Of a stretch of DNA of 64,000 bases, positions 41,164 through 50,614 are shown in pieces; the stretch's first letter is position 1, and each line of letters starts with the position of its first letter. The stretch is from assembly GCF_020832205.1 (NCBI RefSeq), contig NZ_JAFIFD010000026.1:7269-71268 (forward strand), written 5' to 3'. A model generated the notes under the pieces. The model ran no database searches, was not told where the DNA came from, and worked only from the letters and a program-made list of their open reading frames with translations. The position numbers and the translations under genes were made by a program. The stretch comes from Exiguobacterium sp. (GTDB taxonomy: Bacteria > Bacillota > Bacilli > Exiguobacteriales > Exiguobacteriaceae).

Positions 41164-42122
41164 TACAACACTTTACCGATCGCGGTTTCCCGTTCAGGAA
41201 CTGCATCTTCACGCATCGCGTTGATTTCTTTATACTCGTTCGTATCTTTCCACAACTCGTCTTTCAACGGATTGAGTTTGTATTTGACGATCCGTGTCAC
41301 TTGCCAGACGGCGAGGACGACGTTCAGTGCTAGACTAACAAGGGCAAGGGTCCAGTTCGCTGCCGGATTATACGACACGCTGACGTTAAACGTGCTGCCG
41401 ACGGCGAAGAAGTAAGGGAACGTCATGACCCACATCATCCAAAACGATAGCGTTTGGGCACGGTTTTGCATCCATGTCCCTTTCGCCCAAAGAAGGACAG
41501 GGACCGTCGCGGCGATGTTCAAAGCGAAGCCTGAGTAGAACGCGTTGCCCGGTGCGCATGAATAGACGTAAGCGATATTCCAAATGCCGTACGCGACAAT
41601 CCAAAGTTTCGTCTGATCCGGCCAAAGCATGTCTTTCTTCTTACCTGATGTGGCGAAGATGCCGACCCAGCCACAGATGAGGAGCAAGTTCAAAATTCCG
41701 GCGACGGCGTTCACGTAATTCCAACCGCCTGAGATGTAATACATCCCATCGACCATACCTTCAAATCCCATGATGCCGACTTGGAACTCTCGGAGAACGG
41801 CCTCGGCAATGTTAAGTGCCAAAATACCTGGGACGAGGATCAAGTACCATGGATGTTTCTTATGGTAGTCGGTGAAGCGGATGACCATGTAAATCAAACT
41901 TCCGGCTAATGCTGAATACACTTTCACCCAATGGAACCATGAGGTGATTTCAGGATCGGCAGTGAAAAACCAAATCGGGGTCAAGGCGATTGGTACGGCC
42001 ATGAACATGAAGATACTCGCTTTTTTGCTAGATCGGACGATTTCATTTAACCCGATCAATAGACCGAAGACGACGAACCACATCGCGACATTGTACCAAG
42101 GGATAGACTCAAAGAAGAACAT
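41163..42122 (-). CDS. polytopic membrane protein of unknown function (possibly DUF5692-like)
   Basis: 319 aa with about 9 hydrophobic spans, Trp/Tyr-rich. Divergent from a TetR gene. The family name is from memory only. Confidence 0.6.
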   Translation of the reverse strand: MFFFESIPWYNVAMWFVVFGLLIGLNEIVRSSKKASIFMFMAVPIALTPIWFFTADPEITSWFHWVKVYSALAGSLIYMVIRFTDYHKKHPWYLILVPGILALNIAEAVLREFQVGIMGFEGMVDGMYYISGGWNYVNAVAGILNLLLICGWVGIFATSGKKKDMLWPDQTKLWIVAYGIWNIAYVYSCAPGNAFYSGFALNIAATVPVLLWAKGTWMQNRAQTLSFWMMWVMTFPYFFAVGSTFNVSVSYNPAANWTLALVSLALNVVLAVWQVTRIVKYKLNPLKDELWKDTNEYKEINAMREDAVPERETAIGKVL

Positions 42123-42185
42123 ACGATAACGCCCCTTTCATTTCTAAAGGATAGTAACGGAACAACGATAAAAAATATGATGTCA

Positions 42186-42215
42186 ATAAACATACCGAAC
42201 GTTCGTTATGTTTAT
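42186..42215. promoter_or_regulatory. 30-nt palindrome, candidate TetR operator
   Basis: ATAAACATACCGAACGTTCGTTATGTTTAT is self-complementary except for one position pair. It lies in the divergent intergenic region between 41163-42122 and the TetR gene. Confidence 0.6.
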
Positions 42216-42340
42216 GTGAAAATTGTAACAAACTAATGAAAGCGATGTCAATACGGTTTGGTACGTCACACGGACATGTCATAAATCCGACAAATCATTA
42301 TGATATAATTAGCCATTATTACGTGAGGAGCGTCGGGCAT

Positions 42341-42943
42341 ATGATGAACGAAGGAAAACAAAAGATATTAGAAGCGGCGCGAGCGACGATTATTGAACAT
42401 GGCATCCAAGGCACGACGCTTCGAGGAATTGCTAATCGAGCCGGCTTGAGCACAGGAGCCATCTACCACTACTATAGTTCGAAAGAAGCGATTCTTTATG
42501 ATGTGATGGATGAGGGGCTAGGCGAGATTCGCAGAATTGCGACGATTTCGATTGAAGACAAGAAAGAGGCTAGCGAAATCATTCAAGAAATCTTTGATGG
42601 GATGCAAGACCGACTTAAAAAAGATGCGGAAAGCCGCTTGCAGTTTTATTTAGCCCATGAGGCGATGCTCGGGAACGCGGAGTTACAAAATAAGTTCAAA
42701 GAAAAATACGAGGATTGGATCAATCGAGTCGAAGCCATCTTCGTGCGGGCGTATGGCGTCGAACGCGGTCCCTCGACGAGAGCGGTCGCCGCGTGGACGA
42801 TGGCGGCCATCGATGGGATGGTGCTCCAAACGTTGTTGAATGTTCAAGTTGTCGAATCGGTTCATACGAATCGGGTACTGGAGTATTTACTACAGGACGG
42901 GTTTACGCACTTCTTTAAGATCATCCAAAATGATCAGCGCTGA
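42341..42943 (+). CDS. TetR/AcrR family transcriptional regulator
   Basis: HTH segment ILEAARATIIEHGIQGTTLRGIANRAGLSTGAIYHYYSSKEAIL. GAGGAG RBS before the ATG at 42341. Confidence 0.88.
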   Translation: MMNEGKQKILEAARATIIEHGIQGTTLRGIANRAGLSTGAIYHYYSSKEAILYDVMDEGLGEIRRIATISIEDKKEASEIIQEIFDGMQDRLKKDAESRLQFYLAHEAMLGNAELQNKFKEKYEDWINRVEAIFVRAYGVERGPSTRAVAAWTMAAIDGMVLQTLLNVQVVESVHTNRVLEYLLQDGFTHFFKIIQNDQR

Positions 42944-43038
42944 GATTCTTAAAGTATTGTCAGTTGATACAACCGGTCGAACATAATAGAATGGATAAAG
43001 TGATTTGTTGGACCAGATAGGAAAGGGAATGATTTGAC

Positions 43039-44046
43039 ATGAACGAAAACTTCTGGCGCGATTTGCCGCGTCCATTCTTTATACTTGCCCCGATGGAAGA
43101 CGTCACCGATGTCGTCTTCCGCCACGTCGTTGCCCACGCGGGACGTCCTGACGTCTTCTTCACCGAGTTCGCTAACTCGGACAGCTACTGCCATCCGGAA
43201 GGGAAAGGCAGTCTGCGCGGACGTTTGACGTTCACCGAGGATGAGCAGCCGATCGTCGCCCACATATGGGGAGACAACCCGGACTACTTCCGTGAGATGA
43301 GCATCGGTATGGCCGAGATGGGCTATAAAGGGCTCGACATCAATATGGGTTGCCCGGTGCCGAACGTCGCCAAACGCGGGAAAGGGAGCGGACTTATCCT
43401 CCGTCCTGACGTCGCGGCGGAACTCATTCAAGCGGCGAAAGCCGGCGGCATCCCGGTCAGCGTCAAGACACGACTCGGCTTTGCAAAGCTCGACGAGTGG
43501 CGCGACTGGTTGACGCATCTCTTAAAGCAAGATATCGCCAACTTGTCGATTCACTTGCGCACACGCAACGAAATGAGTAAAGTCGACGCGCATTGGGAGA
43601 TGATCCCAGACATCGTGAAACTGCGCGACGAAATCGCACCAGATACGCTCATCACGATCAACGGCGACATTCTCGACCGTCAAATGGGATTAGAACTTGT
43701 CGAGAAGTATGGTGTCGACGGCGTCATGATCGGCCGCGGGATTTTCAAGAACCCGTTCGCGTTCGAAAAAGAGCCACGCGAGCACTCGATGGAAGAACAC
43801 CTCGACTTGCTTCGTCTCCAACTCGATTTGCAGGACAAGTTCCAAGAAGAGGTGCCACGTTCGATTTCGAACTTGCATCGTTTCTTCAAGATTTACGTGA
43901 AAGGGTTCCGCGGGGCGAGCGACCTCCGTGTGAAGCTCATGGATACGAAATCGACGGATGAAGTGCGGGCACATCTCGATGCGTTCGTTGAGAACTACCA
44001 TAAAGAAGAAGCGGCACTCGCCGAGGCGGCGTTGACAGTCGAATAA
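43039..44046 (+). CDS. tRNA-dihydrouridine synthase (Dus family)
   Basis: [22 protein letters not shown] and VSVKTRLG motifs of the Dus flavoenzymes. 335 aa. Confidence 0.85.
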   Translation: MNENFWRDLPRPFFILAPMEDVTDVVFRHVVAHAGRPDVFFTEFANSDSYCHPEGKGSLRGRLTFTEDEQPIVAHIWGDNPDYFREMSIGMAEMGYKGLDINMGCPVPNVAKRGKGSGLILRPDVAAELIQAAKAGGIPVSVKTRLGFAKLDEWRDWLTHLLKQDIANLSIHLRTRNEMSKVDAHWEMIPDIVKLRDEIAPDTLITINGDILDRQMGLELVEKYGVDGVMIGRGIFKNPFAFEKEPREHSMEEHLDLLRLQLDLQDKFQEEVPRSISNLHRFFKIYVKGFRGASDLRVKLMDTKSTDEVRAHLDAFVENYHKEEAALAEAALTVE

Positions 44047-44055
44047 GGGATGATG

Positions 44056-44082
44056 GGATTCAGCAGATGCTGGGTCCTTTTT
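44056..44082 (+). terminator. rho-independent terminator (GGATTCAG/CTGGGTCC family, copy 1)
   Basis: GGATTCAGC/GCTGGGTCC stem (2 G-T pairs), loop AGAT, then TTTTT. Confidence 0.7.
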
Positions 44083-44155
44083 ATATGGGACGATGGAAAA
44101 ATGAAACATGTATTGAATTCGATGCGTATGAAATGAATGGAAGGGGAGGATGAAC

Positions 44156-44326
44156 ATGAATGAATGGCGTGAATCAGCGGTCGGGCTTGGTCTTGTGTTT
44201 GGAACGGCTGGCGGGTTGGTCATCTCTTTATTATTCGATTTTCCGTCTGTATATGGCATCGTCATCGGTTCAATCATCGGATATTGGATTGGACTGCTGA
44301 TCTCCATCCGTGCGATGAAACGATGA
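44156..44326 (+). CDS. small membrane protein, 56 aa (paralog of 51926-52096)
   Basis: Own translation: MNEWRESAVGLGLVFGTAGGLVISLLFDFPSVYGIVIGSIIGYWIGLLISIRAMKR. AAGGGGAGGA RBS 5 nt upstream. Two glycine-rich TM helices. Below the ORF-track length cutoff. Confidence 0.7.
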   Translation: MNEWRESAVGLGLVFGTAGGLVISLLFDFPSVYGIVIGSIIGYWIGLLISIRAMKR

Positions 44327-44360
44327 CGCCCCATTGATTAAAACATGAGGAGGTTTCCAC

Positions 44361-44852
44361 TTGAGTGAATTTCAATTTATAACGAGTACACAACCATTAC
44401 AAGAAGTTGAAAATCCATATATCGAGTTCTTATCGATCAACGAGGCCATCAAAAAAGGTGTCATTTTTCCTGAGATGCTCACAGACGACGAGGACCTCGA
44501 TCGTGATGAGAAGATTTTGATGAACGTCGAGTCGGAAGAGCAGCTCGACGAGATTGAGATGAAGCGAGATCTCTATTATGACGTGGAGAACGTCGAGGCG
44601 TATTCTTCAAAACTGCACGTCGTTGAATTGCGCTGGCGCTATTCCGACTCGAGAGCCGAACAGCTTGTCGAGTATATAACCAACCACTTGCAGACAGCGG
44701 ATGAGGTTGAGATTTGGAAAGTATGGGTCGATGAACAGACGGAACCAAGCGTCAAGACAATCACACGCGACGAGTTGACGATTGATTCGTTGCGATTTTT
44801 AGGGGACGTCGGATTTGAACGACCGGAGTGCCTTCGGGTGACAAAAGCATAA
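44361..44852 (+). CDS. hypothetical acidic protein
   Basis: 163-aa ORF, TTG start 7 nt after GAGGAGG. Asp/Glu-rich with no recognised motif. Confidence 0.6.
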   Translation: MSEFQFITSTQPLQEVENPYIEFLSINEAIKKGVIFPEMLTDDEDLDRDEKILMNVESEEQLDEIEMKRDLYYDVENVEAYSSKLHVVELRWRYSDSRAEQLVEYITNHLQTADEVEIWKVWVDEQTEPSVKTITRDELTIDSLRFLGDVGFERPECLRVTKA

Positions 44853-44856
44853 TCTG

Positions 44857-44886
44857 ACCGAACGAGTCCTTTCGTTCGGTTTTTTG
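44857..44886 (+). terminator. rho-independent terminator
   Basis: ACCGAACGA/TCGTTCGGT stem followed by TTTTTT. Confidence 0.85.
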
Positions 44887-44948
44887 TTTTGTCTCCTCAC
44901 TTGAAAAAGACTGCTATATTATGAGAAGAAGAGTCAGGAGGGAACAGC

Positions 44949-45629
44949 ATGCACATTTTAATCGTTGAAGACGACCGGACAATCGCGTCCGGTCTCCAAT
45001 ATTCGCTTGAACAAGAACAATTCACGACGACGTTATGTCAAAACGTGGCCGACGCGACACGTTTGATTGAACAACAGTTACATACGATCGACCTGTGCCT
45101 CTTTGATTTGTCGTTGCCGGATGGGAGCGGCTATGACTTGTGTCGGCTTGTGAAGCAAAAACACGATATGCCCGTCATTTTTTTGACGGCGTTTGATGAC
45201 GAAGTCAATGTCGTCATGGGACTCGACATGGGCGCGGATGATTACATCACGAAACCATTCCGGGTCCGTGAGCTTATCTCACGGATCCACTCGGTACTGC
45301 GTCGCTACAATAAGCAGGCCAGTTCGCCCATTCTGACAATCGGGTCGGTCGAAATCAATCCGCAAGACGCCAAAGTCAAAAAGGACGGACACGAGATCTT
45401 GTTGACGGCGCTCGAATATCGGTTATTGCTCATCTTCGGGAAACATACGGGACAAGTGTTGTCACGCGCCCAGCTGCTCGACCAGATGTGGGACGTGGGT
45501 GGGGACTTTGTGAATGACAATACATTGACCGTCTATATCAAACGGTTACGCGAAAAGCTTGAGGACGACCCGCAGCACCCGACGTTGATTAAGACAATCC
45601 GCGGGATCGGCTATAAGGTGGAGGGGTAA
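44949..45629 (+). CDS. OmpR-family response regulator (BceR-like)
   Basis: REC domain (ILIVEDD, LFDLSLPDGSG, ITKP) plus a winged-helix output (LTALEYRLLLIF, TLTVYIKRLREKL). Confidence 0.9.
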   Translation: MHILIVEDDRTIASGLQYSLEQEQFTTTLCQNVADATRLIEQQLHTIDLCLFDLSLPDGSGYDLCRLVKQKHDMPVIFLTAFDDEVNVVMGLDMGADDYITKPFRVRELISRIHSVLRRYNKQASSPILTIGSVEINPQDAKVKKDGHEILLTALEYRLLLIFGKHTGQVLSRAQLLDQMWDVGGDFVNDNTLTVYIKRLREKLEDDPQHPTLIKTIRGIGYKVEG

Positions 45630-45630
45630 G

Positions 45631-46632
45631 ATGCTGCGAAACCGAGAAATCCGTATCTATTTGCTGAGTCTCTTTGTGATGATCAGTTTAGCTGTGGGCG
45701 CGGCGCTGTTCATTTCGATGGAGGTCATACTCCTCGTTGCCGTCCTATCGATCGCATTCGTCGCCGTGACATATCGGTTCACGACGTGGCGGTATCGCGA
45801 AATCGAACAGCTGTCGAGCTACCTCCAAGAGATTAGCAACGGCAACTATAAACTCGACGTTCGCGATAACCGCGAAGGCGAGCTCAGTCTGTTGAAGAGC
45901 CAAATCTATAAAGTGACGAAGATGTTGTCGGAGCAAGGGACGCATCTCGAAGAGGACAAGCAGAAACTGACGGATGCGATTTCTGACATCTCTCATCAGC
46001 TGAAAACGCCGCTCACGTCGATGACGGTCATGGCTGACTTGCTCAGTGACCCGCGGCTGTCAGATGACAAGCGTCAAGAGTTCACGCATAACGTGCAAGT
46101 GCAGCTCGAGCGGATGGAGTGGCTCGTGTCGTCGCTCCTCAAGCTGTCTAAAATCGATGCCGGGACGATTCATTTTAAACGGGAACCGGTGTCCGTGCCC
46201 GCACTTGTTCAAGCCGTGACGGAACCGATGCTCGTGCCGATCGATATAAAAATGCAGCGGCTTCAGATTACGGGTGAGCGTGACGTCACGTTTGAAGGTG
46301 ATTTGAAGTGGACGATTGAGGCGCTCATCAACATTTTGAAGAATTGCGTCGAACATACACCGGAAGAAGGGGAGTTGTTCATCGAGTTCAGTGAGAACAC
46401 ACTCTACACGGAAATCATCATCCGCGACACGGGGAGCGGAATCGACAAACAAGACGTCCCGTATATCTTCCAGCGTTTTTATAAAGGTGTGAATGCGAGT
46501 GACGACAGTGTCGGAATCGGGCTCGCCATGGCCCACAGTATCATCACGAGCCAGCAAGGTGAATTGACTGTCCGCAGTGAACGTGGAGTCGGGACCGCGT
46601 TTCAAATTCGATTCTACAAAGCAATCGTCTAA
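45631..46632 (+). CDS. intramembrane-sensing histidine kinase (BceS-like)
   Basis: Two TM helices separated by about 3 residues, so no extracytoplasmic domain. H-box ISHQLKTPLTS. G-boxes DTGSGI and GIGLAMA. Confidence 0.88.
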   Translation: MLRNREIRIYLLSLFVMISLAVGAALFISMEVILLVAVLSIAFVAVTYRFTTWRYREIEQLSSYLQEISNGNYKLDVRDNREGELSLLKSQIYKVTKMLSEQGTHLEEDKQKLTDAISDISHQLKTPLTSMTVMADLLSDPRLSDDKRQEFTHNVQVQLERMEWLVSSLLKLSKIDAGTIHFKREPVSVPALVQAVTEPMLVPIDIKMQRLQITGERDVTFEGDLKWTIEALINILKNCVEHTPEEGELFIEFSENTLYTEIIIRDTGSGIDKQDVPYIFQRFYKGVNASDDSVGIGLAMAHSIITSQQGELTVRSERGVGTAFQIRFYKAIV

Positions 46633-46638
46633 TCGTGT

Positions 46639-46658
46639 AAGTGACAAAATAGTCACTT
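46639..46658. promoter_or_regulatory. inverted repeat AAGTGAC-N6-GTCACTT, candidate response-regulator binding site
   Basis: Perfect 7-bp arms, followed by further GTCAC copies at 46663-46667 and 46674-46678. It lies 70-90 nt upstream of the ABC ATPase start. Confidence 0.5.
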
Positions 46659-46725
46659 TCGAGTCACGGACGTGTCACACTCGCTCGGTACACTCGAAGT
46701 AGATCAAGTACTGGAGGGTGCAACC

Positions 46726-47409
46726 ATGAACATATTAGAAGTGAAACATTTATCGAAAGTGTATGGGAAAGACGAGATGGAAGTGCGGGCGCTCGATGAC
46801 GTGTCGTTCACCGTGAAAAAAGGGGAGTTCGTCTGTATCGTCGGACCATCGGGTTCAGGGAAGTCAACGTTGTTGCATTTGCTTGGCGGTGTCGACGTCC
46901 CAACGAGCGGACAGGTTTTAATCGATGACACGGATATTTACAAGTTAGACGAGACGCAGCTCGCCATCTTCCGGCGTCGTCAAATCGGCTTGATTTATCA
47001 ATTTTACAATTTGATCCCGATTTTGACGGTCGAGGAGAACATCACGCTGCCGATGCTGTTGGACGAGCAAAAAGTCGACGCCGCCCATTTGGAGCGTATC
47101 ATCGGCATCCTCGGGCTGTCGAACCGATTGACGCATCTGCCGAACCAACTGTCGGGCGGGCAACAGCAACGCGTTTCGATCGGACGAGCGCTCATCAGTA
47201 ATCCGGCCATCATCTTGGCCGACGAGCCGACAGGGAACTTGGACAGTCAAAATAGCGAAGAGATTATGAGCCTTTTAAAACTGTTCAACAAGAAGTTCAA
47301 TCAGACACTCATCGTCATCACCCACGACGAGCGAATCGCGTTGCAGGCGGACCGAATCATCTCGATCGAGGATGGGAAGATCGCGAAGAATGAGGTCGTC
47401 CGCTCATGA
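46726..47409 (+). CDS. ABC transporter ATP-binding protein (BceA/MacB-like)
   Basis: Walker A GPSGSGKST, signature LSGGQQQRV, Walker B ILADEPTGNLD. GGAGGG RBS before the ATG at 46726. Confidence 0.92.
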   Translation: MNILEVKHLSKVYGKDEMEVRALDDVSFTVKKGEFVCIVGPSGSGKSTLLHLLGGVDVPTSGQVLIDDTDIYKLDETQLAIFRRRQIGLIYQFYNLIPILTVEENITLPMLLDEQKVDAAHLERIIGILGLSNRLTHLPNQLSGGQQQRVSIGRALISNPAIILADEPTGNLDSQNSEEIMSLLKLFNKKFNQTLIVITHDERIALQADRIISIEDGKIAKNEVVRS

Positions 47410-49976
47410 ATATCATCCAAAAAATGACGATGCGGCATTTGCGTGAGAATAAACGGCGTTCGCTCGTCACCATCATCGGTGTCATCATCTCGGTGTCGAT
47501 GATCACGGCCGTCACGACACTCGGCTCGTCTTTTCTCGACTTGATGATTCGTCAAGATATCGCAGACAACGGGGAATGGCACGTCAAATATGTCAACACG
47601 AATGCCGAGCAGGTCGAGGCGATTCGTGGCGACGCGGCGACCAAAGACGTCATCCTATCAAGTGATGGTTATGCGGAACTAGAAGGTTCGCAAAACGCAT
47701 ATAGACCGTATGTGTACATCCGGAACTATAACACGTCGGGTTTGAAAAACTTTCCGGTCGATTTGACGGAAGGACGCTTGCCGAAACGAGAAGGAGAAGT
47801 CGTCATTTCCGAGGCGATCCGTCAAAACGCTCTCGTCACGTACAACATCGGTGATCAGTTGACGCTCGATATCGGGGAGCGCATGGACGACACGTCAGGT
47901 CGTGAGTTGACGCAAAACGATGGGTTGATTCGTGAAGGGGAAGATGTCCTCGAACGTTTGAAAGTCGAGGACACGGTGACGCTGACTGTCGTCGGAACGA
48001 TGGCGCGTCCGGCATGGGAGCCGACTTGGGCGCCGGGTTACACGGTCGTCGGATTCATCGATGACAAGGCGCTGAATGGGTCGACCGTCGATACGTTCGT
48101 CGCTTTGAACGATGTCAGCAACTCGATTTATGAAAAGACGGATCGATTGATGAAAGAACAAGGGATTGAAGGAGTTGCCTATAACACATCACTCCTTCGC
48201 TATTATGGGGTGACGGACGATGGCGGTCTACGCAAAACGCTATACGGATTCGCCGGGATCATCATGGCGGTGATCGTCATCGGTTCGATTTCGCTCATTT
48301 ATAACGCATTCGCCATCAGCGTGTCCGAACGTTCGCGTTATCTCGGGATGCTCGCAAGTGTCGGGGCAACGAAGCGACAAAAGCGGAACTCGGTCTATTT
48401 TGAAGGACTCATCATCGGTGGGATCAGCATCCCGATCGGTATCCTTGCCGGGGTGACCGGCATCGGGGTCACATTCCTATTCATCAACGCGTTTGCTGAG
48501 AAAGCACTCAACTTGACGGAGAAGTTTGAGGTTGTCGTCACACCCGTCACGCTCATGCTGACGATTTTGATTTCGAGCGTGACGATTTTCATCTCCTGTT
48601 ATCTTCCGGCCCGTCGCGCTTCTAAAATTTCAGCCATCGATGCGATTCGTCAGTCGCAGGACGTTCGATTGACGTCGAAGAACGTGAAGACGTCAAAACT
48701 TGTCCGGCGTATCTTCGGTTTGGAAGCAGAAATCGGATTGAAAAATACGAAGCGCAACCGGAAACGGTATTTAGCGACGGTGTTCTCGCTCGTCATTAGC
48801 ATCGTGCTGTTTTTAGTCGTCAGTTACTTCACGGACCGGCTCGAACAATCGCTCGAGATGTCGCAAGGCACGTACGAGTTCGACATCCTCGTGAACGGGG
48901 CGAATCTTAATACGGATGACTTACGACGCTATGAGACGTTGGACGATGTGACGAACGGGACGTACTTCGAGAACACGACGGTTCGTACCTTAGTCAATCA
49001 AACACGGCTACCCGATACGATTTTGGAGCAAGAAGGTGTGACGGATTCATTTGTCGATGGAGAATATGACTACTACGTGTCGCTCTATCAGTTAGACGAC
49101 AAAAGTTTTGACGACTATTTGAAACAGATTGGGGCATCCGCTAGCGATTTTGCAGACGGAGAAATCCCGAGTGCCGTCTTGATTGATGAAGTATCCTATC
49201 AAGACTTCGATAAGAAAAAGTTCGTCACGTCAAAAACGATTGAGACAAAACTCGGCGATACGCTCGAACTACGGGACGAGAATGCAACGGATGAGGCGGC
49301 ACCGCTCAAAATAATCAAAATCGCCGCCATGACCGACGTCGCCCCGACCGGTGTGATGACTAGTTCCCTCGGATGGCTCGATGTGATCGTTCGAGAAGGG
49401 ACGTTTGGAGAGGATGCGATCGGTAATTTGTTGAAACAATCGAGTCCGTCGATTGCGTTGAACACGAATGACCCGGATGCGACGCAACAAGTGATTGAAG
49501 CGGAGCAAAATATGGATCAATATATCTTCAACGTGTCGGAACAGCGTGAACAACAAGAGCAAGTGTTATTGCTGCTATCGATTTTCGTCTATGGATTCAT
49601 CGTCTTGATTTCGCTCATCTCGGTTGCGAACATCTTCAACACGATCTCGACGAGCGTCTCGCTCCGGCGCCGCGAATTCGCGATGCTGCGATCGGTCGGG
49701 ATGACACCGAAAGGGTTCAACAAGATGGTGTACTATGAGAGCATCTTCTACGGCGTGAAGGCGCTGGCATATGGACTGCCAATCAGTGTGCTCATCATGT
49801 ACCTCATTTACCGCGCGCAGATCAACACGTTCGAAGCACCATTCTCATTGCCATGGGGCGATATCTTGTTCGTCACGGTCGTGATCTTCCTCATCGTTGG
49901 TTCTTCGATGCTGTATGCCATCTCGAAAGTAAAATCGGATAATATCATCGACCGATTGAAGCAAGAAAATAACTAA
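47406..49976 (+). CDS. ABC transporter permease, tandem FtsX type with two large extracytoplasmic domains
   Basis: 856 aa. The pattern of one TM, a loop of about 240 aa and three TM occurs twice. ATGA overlap with the ATPase gene. Confidence 0.88.
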   Translation: MNIIQKMTMRHLRENKRRSLVTIIGVIISVSMITAVTTLGSSFLDLMIRQDIADNGEWHVKYVNTNAEQVEAIRGDAATKDVILSSDGYAELEGSQNAYRPYVYIRNYNTSGLKNFPVDLTEGRLPKREGEVVISEAIRQNALVTYNIGDQLTLDIGERMDDTSGRELTQNDGLIREGEDVLERLKVEDTVTLTVVGTMARPAWEPTWAPGYTVVGFIDDKALNGSTVDTFVALNDVSNSIYEKTDRLMKEQGIEGVAYNTSLLRYYGVTDDGGLRKTLYGFAGIIMAVIVIGSISLIYNAFAISVSERSRYLGMLASVGATKRQKRNSVYFEGLIIGGISIPIGILAGVTGIGVTFLFINAFAEKALNLTEKFEVVVTPVTLMLTILISSVTIFISCYLPARRASKISAIDAIRQSQDVRLTSKNVKTSKLVRRIFGLEAEIGLKNTKRNRKRYLATVFSLVISIVLFLVVSYFTDRLEQSLEMSQGTYEFDILVNGANLNTDDLRRYETLDDVTNGTYFENTTVRTLVNQTRLPDTILEQEGVTDSFVDGEYDYYVSLYQLDDKSFDDYLKQIGASASDFADGEIPSAVLIDEVSYQDFDKKKFVTSKTIETKLGDTLELRDENATDEAAPLKIIKIAAMTDVAPTGVMTSSLGWLDVIVREGTFGEDAIGNLLKQSSPSIALNTNDPDATQQVIEAEQNMDQYIFNVSEQREQQEQVLLLLSIFVYGFIVLISLISVANIFNTISTSVSLRRREFAMLRSVGMTPKGFNKMVYYESIFYGVKALAYGLPISVLIMYLIYRAQINTFEAPFSLPWGDILFVTVVIFLIVGSSMLYAISKVKSDNIIDRLKQENN

Positions 49977-49988
49977 TATGAATGCATG

Positions 49989-50019
49989 GGGATTCAGTGT
50001 CTACTGGGTCCCTTTTTTT
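49989..50019 (+). terminator. rho-independent terminator (GGATTCAG/CTGGGTCC family, copy 2)
   Basis: GGGATTCAGT/ACTGGGTCCC stem (2 G-T pairs), loop GTCT, then TTTTTTT. Confidence 0.75.
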
Positions 50020-50050
50020 GTAAAATGAGAATGAGAAAAGAGGTGGGAGA

Positions 50051-50560
50051 ATGGATATCCGAGAATTATTGAACGGAGGGGATTTGCGATCAATTGGCCA
50101 TGTCGATGAGGTTGTTCAATTCGTTGGGGATGACGCGGAACGATTCGATGAATTGATGAGCGGTTTGACCGATGCACGTCCTGTCGTCCGAATGCGGAGC
50201 GCGGATGCGCTGGAAAAAGTGACACGAGGTCATCTAGAGCTGCTTCGACCGCACCAAGCGACCTTGTTCCAACAGCTACATCTCGCCACCCAACAAGAAG
50301 TGAGGTGGCACTTGGCCCAGTTGATGCCACGGCTGACTTGGGCGGAAGAAGAGGCAACTGAGATTGTCCGTGTGCTCACCGGATGGATCGATACCGAGAC
50401 GAGCAACATCGTCATCGTCAATGCACTTCAAGCGCTGTTCGACTTGAGCATAATGCATCCACGATTCCGTGACGATGTCATCACTCTGCTCAAGGGAAAA
50501 CTGGAGTCGGGGAGTCCGGCCGTGAAGAGCCGCTCAAAAAAACTTTTACGAAACGTGTGA
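50051..50560 (+). CDS. hypothetical helical-repeat (HEAT/AlkD-like) protein
   Basis: 169-aa ORF with repeated amphipathic helices (VRMRSADALEKV, VRWHLAQLM, IVIVNALQAL). GAGGTGGGAG RBS. Confidence 0.55.
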   Translation: MDIRELLNGGDLRSIGHVDEVVQFVGDDAERFDELMSGLTDARPVVRMRSADALEKVTRGHLELLRPHQATLFQQLHLATQQEVRWHLAQLMPRLTWAEEEATEIVRVLTGWIDTETSNIVIVNALQALFDLSIMHPRFRDDVITLLKGKLESGSPAVKSRSKKLLRNV

Positions 50561-50614
50561 CCGATGCGTCTTGTTTTCGGTCTATAGAGATGAAGGTGAA
50601 AAGGAGGGATTCAG

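Noticed and set aside
43690-44334. 214-aa minus-strand ORF spanning the dus 3' end and small ORF copy 1.
   Set aside because: It crosses a strong terminator hairpin and is antisense to two better-supported genes.
46060-46656. 198-aa minus-strand ORF inside the histidine kinase gene.
   Set aside because: It is antisense to a gene with H-box and G-box motifs.
50596-50614. A third GGGATTCAG occurrence at the sigma factor RBS, considered part of the repeated terminator family.
   Set aside because: Only the 9-mer is shared. The complementary arm and T-run are absent, so this is most likely coincidence with the GGAGGG RBS.
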